DNA of 21,426 nucleotides from Escherichia coli (GTDB lineage Bacteria; Pseudomonadota; Gammaproteobacteria; Enterobacterales; Enterobacteriaceae): NCBI RefSeq assembly GCF_003334765.1, contig NZ_QOWT01000047.1; one strand, 5' to 3'. Shown piece by piece: positions 17,078 to 21,426 of this stretch (position 1 is its first letter; each line of letters starts with the position of its first letter). The notes under the pieces were generated by a model. It saw only the letters and a program-made list of their open reading frames with translations, ran no database searches and was not told where the DNA came from. The position numbers and the translations under genes were made by a program.

Positions 17078-17481
17078 GGGTCTGACTCCAGAAATGTTGA
17101 GGGAATAAGGTGATCCCTGAGAGTTTTGATTTGTCTGCGCAGGGCGAAGAGTTCTGTACGGGTCAGTTCGCTGTCAGGGCTTTTGCTGTCGAGATGACTC
17201 AACAGGTAGTTTAAATCCTGTGAAAGGCTGCCAAGTTTTATCCATGCTTCACGATTGATTTCTGGCAGAACCGGCGGGAGTTTATTCAGGGAAGCCATCC
17301 TGAGCCATTCTCCTTTTTTATACTGACCTCTTTTACTGTCGAGAATAATTAATTCTTCTTCATTTAATCTGACACTGATGCAGTGATGTCGTATTTCATT
17401 CTCAGGAAATTTGTCAGTATGGAATTTACCGCGTTTTGATACTCTGGTTATATCATCATCATTACTCATGTCACTGTTCAT
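17074..17481 (-). CDS. MobC-type relaxosome accessory protein (ribbon-helix-helix mobilisation protein), 135 aa
   Basis: ..HHCISVRLNEEELIILDSKRGQYKKGEWLRMASLNKLP.. followed by ..LSQDLNYLLSHL.. and ..LRRQIKTLRDHLI fits the MobC (PF05713-like) layout. The gene lies immediately upstream of the relaxase and is translationally coupled to it. Confidence 0.8.
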   Translation of the reverse strand: MNSDMSNDDDITRVSKRGKFHTDKFPENEIRHHCISVRLNEEELIILDSKRGQYKKGEWLRMASLNKLPPVLPEINREAWIKLGSLSQDLNYLLSHLDSKSPDSELTRTELFALRRQIKTLRDHLIPSTFLESDP

Positions 17482-17580
17482 AGTTATCCTTTTATTTCAT
17501 GTTTATTACTACAGATAACCGATGAAATGAATAAGTCAAGTTGTTACGGGATAAATAATTTAATTATCTGGATTAAAAAA

Positions 17581-17607
17581 GGTATACCATTTGACAAATA
17601 GTATACC
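17581..17607. promoter_or_regulatory. 27-bp near-perfect palindrome upstream of mobC (candidate operator or accessory-protein site)
   Basis: In GGTATACCATTTG-A-CAAATAGTATACC, 12 of 13 arm positions pair. It is centred at 17594, 100-126 bp upstream of the mobC ATG, in the 201-bp gap between the ankyrin gene and mobC. Confidence 0.5.
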
Positions 17608-17682
17608 CACGAGGACATATCAGATTAATGGTCATTAAATGAATCCTTGCAGACTAAGAAAAGGGTTGTTTACTCCAGAGTT

Positions 17683-18636
17683 TTAGAGTCTTTTTCGTAC
17701 AGATGAACGGGGGATCTCTGGCTTCATTTCTTTTAACAGGTCTTTTTTCTCTCTTGCTGCGATATAAGAAAAAATCTTATCGGAGTCAGAACGCTGTCTG
17801 AGTATATCGTCGTCCATTCGGATACCATTTCGAATGAACCATTTCACACTTTCTATGCCGGTGTAGATACCAATATGTTTATCATGATAACAATTATAAA
17901 ACTGAACATGACTGATATCGGTATATTTTTTCAGTGAGGTAAAGAAGTACTTCATGTTTTTGACATATAATGCGAAGGAACAGTGTTCAGCGATAAGGAT
18001 ATTACGCCCTTTTTCATGAAGCAAAGCAATTAGAGGCAAAGCCTCAGTTGAAACATGTTTAAATAATACTGGCGTGCTGTCTATTCTATCAACATGGCGT
18101 TTGAGGGCATTAATACTGAAATCATATATCCACCACTCGTTGTCAGTCGGAAGATCCAGCACCGCTTTGCCACCATAATCTCTGTGGTTTATGTCACACC
18201 CTTTATTTACCCAGTAATCAAAGACGTCATGATCGAGGAGGTCATAAAGAAGCGTTTGTCCTTCGTTATCTGTGCTGTGGATATCAATGCCCGCGTTTAT
18301 GAGGAGTTCCGCACAATCTATGGCGTAGCGCTGCCAGTGAAGACAGGACTGGCCTTTATTATTTTTGTGGTGAACGTTAATACCTGACTTTATCAATAGC
18401 CTCACTGCACGTGGGCTTTTTCTGCTAAACAGGGCATTATTACCATAACAATCTGTATGGTTCAGCGCTATGCCTGCTTCAATCATGGCTTTTAAAGCCC
18501 CGATACTGTCGCAACCGAAAAGGGCGTTTTCACCGTGTTCATTAAGTGTGTTAATGTCAATGCCTGCAGCAATGCAATTCTGGACGTCTTTTTTAGTTTT
18601 GCTGTCAAATAAATTATCTTCTGTATAGTTACTCAT
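17683..18636 (-). CDS. ankyrin-repeat protein, 317 aa, C-terminus ..PRSSVRKRL
   Basis: The ATG has AGGAGA 7 nt upstream. Residues about 20-165 contain 4-5 ANK-like units (G-x-x-A/L-L-x...L-I-x-A/S-G-I-x-x-N-x-x-D/N). Examples are HGENALF..MIEAGIALNHTD, YGNNALF..LIKSGINVHHKN, KGQSCLH..LINAGIDIHSTD and EGQTLLY..WVNKGCDINHRD. The C-terminal half is unassigned. Confidence 0.85.
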   Translation of the reverse strand: MSNYTEDNLFDSKTKKDVQNCIAAGIDINTLNEHGENALFGCDSIGALKAMIEAGIALNHTDCYGNNALFSRKSPRAVRLLIKSGINVHHKNNKGQSCLHWQRYAIDCAELLINAGIDIHSTDNEGQTLLYDLLDHDVFDYWVNKGCDINHRDYGGKAVLDLPTDNEWWIYDFSINALKRHVDRIDSTPVLFKHVSTEALPLIALLHEKGRNILIAEHCSFALYVKNMKYFFTSLKKYTDISHVQFYNCYHDKHIGIYTGIESVKWFIRNGIRMDDDILRQRSDSDKIFSYIAAREKKDLLKEMKPEIPRSSVRKRL

Positions 18637-18650
18637 GGGCGTTCTCCTTT

Positions 18651-19091
18651 TTAAGCGGTCGTTTTGTGCCAGGTATTATTGTTGTATTCATATTCTTTTA
18701 TCTTAATGATCTCGTCATAGATCCGTGAAAAAGAAAACCATGAGATCTCTTTCACTTCGCCTTTTTTGTTTGTGTAAATGATATTGCAGCCACGAAAAGA
18801 AAATGACTGATAGAAAGTATCGTGATTCTCCTCTTTAAGAAAACGGGTAAAAGCTTTTATGGTGTCTTTTTTTTCCATGCTATAAGAGAAAAAGGTATGG
18901 ATAGCAAATATGGTCAGAATATTTCTTTCCGTCACCATATGTCTGGAAAAATAATTAAGATAAAAAACATGATCTTCAATGCTATTTTTACAGAATATTG
19001 AAAAGTGAGGGTTATACAGACGGTAGAGATCTGTATTCTTTTTTGTTTTAGATAGGTAACTTGTCAGGGTTGAATAGTTTTGTTTTTTCAT
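18651..19091 (-). CDS. hypothetical protein, 146 aa, upstream partner of the ankyrin gene
   Basis: The ATG has AAGGAGA 7 nt upstream. Only 14 nt separate its stop from the ankyrin gene start. The DNA is very AT-rich and no motif is recognisable. Confidence 0.65.
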   Translation of the reverse strand: MKKQNYSTLTSYLSKTKKNTDLYRLYNPHFSIFCKNSIEDHVFYLNYFSRHMVTERNILTIFAIHTFFSYSMEKKDTIKAFTRFLKEENHDTFYQSFSFRGCNIIYTNKKGEVKEISWFSFSRIYDEIIKIKEYEYNNNTWHKTTA

Positions 19092-19093
19092 TT

Positions 19094-19450
19094 TTATTCT
19101 CCTTTATTATTTTGATGAAATGAATGTATATTATCAAATAAATAAAAATCAAATTTATTTTTAATAATAAAAAATAAGCAAGCGTTTTCTTTTGAATAAA
19201 CTAATTTAATGTGATGTTTTATATAAATAAATTCATAGTTTGCAAAAAGTGCTATTTTTATTTCATGGTTGATTGATGGGCGTTTTTCCCCATTGCTTAG
19301 GGGGAAATATATCCCATTAATATTAAATGTTTGAAGTGAATCGTATTTTAGCAGGGGAATATTATATCTTTTACTTCTGTTTTGATTTTCAACTTTGTGT
19401 GTGAGACACAATATGTGATAGTGTTGTGATAATCGTAAGTATCCTGCCAA
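19094..19450 (-). CDS. doubtful ORF, 118 aa (TTG start, no SD, no internal Met)
   Basis: The frame is open and ends 2 nt before the 146-aa gene start. However, the start is TTG without an RBS, the DNA is extremely AT-rich, and the 5-prime end overlaps the candidate nick site. It may instead be non-coding oriT or leader DNA. Confidence 0.3.
   Translation of the reverse strand: MAGYLRLSQHYHILCLTHKVENQNRSKRYNIPLLKYDSLQTFNINGIYFPLSNGEKRPSINHEIKIALFANYEFIYIKHHIKLVYSKENACLFFIIKNKFDFYLFDNIHSFHQNNKGE
19395..19448 (+). other. candidate oriT core: hairpin, two TGTGATA direct repeats, and the MOBP-type nick motif TATCCTG|CC
   Basis: The elements are TTGTGT-gtgag-ACACAA (19395-19411), TGTGATA at 19414-19420 and 19425-19431 (11-bp spacing), and TATCCTGCC at 19440-19448. 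The nick motif fits the MOBP consensus YATCCTG|Y. It is identical over 10 nt to the complement of the T-DNA border core (TGGCAGGATA), and RP4 has TATCCTGCCC. The predicted nick lies between 19446 and 19447. Confidence 0.4.
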
Positions 19451-19489
19451 AACGAATCATTCACTTTAAACCTTTACTGACATATTGGT

Positions 19490-19517
19490 TATATATTCTG
19501 AGAAATTTATAGTGCAA
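19490..19517 (-). promoter_or_regulatory. candidate sigma70 promoter firing leftwards across the nick region into the ankyrin/mob gene string
   Basis: On the minus strand the sequence is TTGCAC (19517-19512), a 16-nt spacer, then TATATA (19495-19490). Confidence 0.35.
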
Positions 19518-19672
19518 AAGGCTCGGTGTGCAGACTTACGCCAGCCCAATCAAGCCGTAGTGCTTTAGTTTTGGGGCTTAGGTATGGTGGAAAAAAGCGA
19601 CTCGTTAAGCTTACTGAGCTCTATGTATTTCAGGAGTCGGTCAGTAAGTTAACGATCCAAGAGGCTCATCAA

Positions 19673-20189
19673 TCATAAGAGATGTATCAATCTTGCGAGA
19701 CTCTCACGGATTTTATCGCCGTCATAAATAGCAATCTCTTCAATATTGTTACCAATGAAAGTTTCAGCTGCCTGGATGGCTATCAGTTCAGACATACCAA
19801 CGTTATCAGCCAGCTGGCGTGCTGCAATGACCTTGCTTTCAAGAGTTAGGATGACCGGCCTGTAGCCTGCGCGTTTGATTTTGATACAGTGTGAAATCAA
19901 TTTCTCCATAGGTGCGGTGGTCACTTGGAATGCAGTCGTACCCACCTGAAAGGCCCCTTCACGGTCAATGTGTGGATCATTAGCATTGGCCCTGCGACTA
20001 CTGATTTTAACATCTAGGGAAACGTAGCTGATGTTTGGCTTCGATAAGATTCTGTAGCACCGCCTCAGTGGGGTTGTCAGAACATTCCGCTGCCGCCTTA
20101 AGAATATCGCTTACTAGAGATGAAACTGGTTGATTGTAATCCCGGTCGACCGTTACTCTATGTTTATCCGGATAATTTTGGCGTACACA
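19673..20189 (-). pseudogene. frameshifted gene remnant with a Toprim-like C-terminus
   Basis: Two overlapping minus-strand frames carry the remnant. Bases 20189-20010 read CVRQNYPDKHRVTVDRDYNQPVSSLVSDILKAAAECSDNPTEAVLQNLIEAKHQ... The frame of ORF 19673..19945 is open back to about 20097 and reads ..SYVSLDVKISSRRANANDPHIDREGAFQVGTTAFQ... The C-terminus ..YRPVILTLESKVIAARQL..(45 aa)..IAIYDGDKIRESLARL resembles the DnaG Toprim motifs (vvvEG..D..al; icCYDGDrAG..Aa.Ral). Further upstream there are only short broken frames. Confidence 0.35.
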
Positions 20190-20668
20190 TTAAGTGAAGA
20201 AAACTTCAAAGTGATTTGAAACAGATGTTGTATTCACTGGCTCATTTACATTAACTTGAGTGTTGTTCAGCACATGTTGAAACGCAGCTGTAAGGAAGAT
20301 GATACAGCCAAGATGTATCCTTCATTATGGGGATTGGCGCGATGACCACCACGGCTTAGCCCGATTGATTATTTGGAAATTGATTAGAATGCATAATCTG
20401 GGCTGAGCTCACTTAAAGTCTCTAATGTTTGACTTGGAGATTTGGGGGGCAGTGGCTTTCAGTTTTGTTAACTCTAACATCTGGTTTACGTTCCTTTTGG
20501 AACAAGAAGCAGAGGTCTGCTAAGTAATGGTTGTACTGCTTGTGATAGGTATGACTGCATGTTCAGCGAGCAAGAATGGCTTAAAAGTTCTGTTACTGAG
20601 CACCCCATGAAGTTAGAACGATGTCATAACGTGCACGTAACCGTTGAACTGTTCTCTTACAGATAATC

Positions 20669-20716
20669 TCTACATAGCTATTATTGCTTAGGCGGTAGCT
20701 ATGTAGATGGTTTTTG
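20669..20716 (+). terminator. strong hairpin with U-tract (plus-strand terminator or regulatory hairpin) just upstream of the NTPase gene
   Basis: TCTACATAGCTA (20669-20680) pairs with TAGCTATGTAGA (20696-20707) as a perfect 12-bp stem with a 15-nt loop, followed by TGGTTTTTG. Confidence 0.55.
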
Positions 20717-20784
20717 TAATATTATATTAAAAGTTCATACAGCGACTATAGCATCATTGCGAAAAATATCAGGAGGTGAGTTTA

Positions 20785-21349
20785 ATGTTACGAAAAAGCA
20801 AACTTACAGAGATATATAAAAGGTTTGGTTTTACTGAAGAAAATACAGGTAACGAAAGTATTGCTGTATATTCTATTAAAACAGGGCACTACCATAACGC
20901 GGACATACTTCCACTAAATAATGAGGTTAATGTAAATCAAACCTTTGAAGAATATAGGCAGTTAGGTTATGCATGTCAAATTAAAAAATATCAGTCTTAT
21001 GAAGAAGCACATAAGGAATTATTTAATGGCTTCTTTAGCGTCGATTCAACTAAAGAAAGGTTGATTAAAGATTATAATACTTTCACAGATTCAATTGTAA
21101 AAATTCACTCACCTACTGCAACTTATTCCTACATAAATTCAAAATATTACTTAAATGGTGTTATTGGCGAAGCTAATGTTGTTACGGAAATATTAGAGAG
21201 AATACAACATAGGCGTCCAATTCTGTTTTTGATTGAGGCTGCAGCCGGTTTTGGAAAGACTTGCACGGCGTATGAATTATTGAGGGAGATTATAGTTAAC
21301 AATATAGGGAAAATACCATTATTTTCAGAACTATCAAGGAATAGGCAAG
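20785..21349 (+). pseudogene. P-loop NTPase (STAND/NACHT-like Walker A) with a possible Mrr-like PD-(D/E)xK N-terminal domain, truncated by IS5 insertion
   Basis: ATG 20785 has AGGAGG (20771-20776) 8 nt upstream. The Walker A motif ..RPILFLIEAAAGFGKTCTAYEL.. lies about 160 aa into the protein. The N-terminal part has ..HNADILP..(25 aa)..GYACQIKKY, resembling the D...QxK signature of Mrr-type nucleases (weak). The reading frame runs straight into the IS5 IRL at 21350, so only about 188 native codons remain. Confidence 0.7.
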
Positions 21350-21426
21350 GGAAGGTGCGAACAAGTCCCTGATATGAGATCATGTTTGTCATCTGGAGCC
21401 ATGGAACAGGGTTCATCATGAGTCAT
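21350..21426 (+). mobile_element. IS5 left end (IRL plus transposase start codon region); the element extends rightwards out of the window
   Basis: GGAAGGTGCGAACAAGTCCCTGATATGAGATCATGTTTGTCATCTGGAGCCATGGAACAGGGTTCATCATGAGTCAT is the IS5 IRL, followed by ATG AGT CAT (MSH..), the transposase start. It is a perfect inverted copy of bases 1-77. Confidence 0.85.

Noticed and set aside
18094-18387. 97-aa plus-strand ORF
   Set aside because: It is antisense within the ankyrin-repeat gene and has no RBS. It is a shadow ORF.

Overview
This is an enterobacterial (E. coli/Shigella-type) chromosomal segment. It is probably a whole assembly contig, because both ends are the same 77 nt of IS5 in inverted orientation.

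Left part (1-9.3 kb): this matches the K-12-like ileY neighbourhood as I remember it.
- a ygaQ-like pseudogene, truncated by IS5 and interrupted by an amber codon
- tRNA-Ile2(CAU) ileY
- a decayed tRNA-associated islet: an integrase N-terminal remnant, one ancestral 458-codon pentapeptide-repeat ORF broken by an in-frame TAG plus an A7 frameshift, and an IS3 remnant fused to a pinH-like invertase fragment
- the intact 1526-aa AIDA-type autotransporter ypjA

Right part (about 9.4-21.3 kb): after a tmRNA-3-prime-end-like motif at about 9.42 kb comes AT-rich accessory DNA with a plasmid-like or mobilisable character.
- a 281-aa unknown protein, an AlpA-family regulator and small unknown ORFs
- a RepL-like winged-helix initiator beside three iterons spaced exactly 49 bp apart
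- an operon for a zinc-ribbon membrane protein plus two lipoproteins
- a translationally coupled MobC and MOBP-type relaxase (HxDxDxxHxH)
- an ankyrin-repeat operon
- a candidate oriT carrying the RP4/T-DNA-border nick core TATCCTG|CCA
- a decayed Toprim-like gene
- an Mrr-like/P-loop NTPase gene cut by IS5

No integrase, T4SS, coupling protein, rRNA or CRISPR array is visible.

The most interesting candidates are:
- the ankyrin operon lying between the predicted oriT and the mob genes
- a C-terminal S-V-(V)-R-K-R-L tail shared by the ankyrin protein and an unrelated 141-aa protein; it could be a T4SS translocation signal or a protease tag
- the RepL-like protein ending in an SSB-tip-like DGIPF
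- the membrane/lipoprotein triad

All family assignments come from motifs read by eye or from memory of K-12 synteny. None has been checked against a database.
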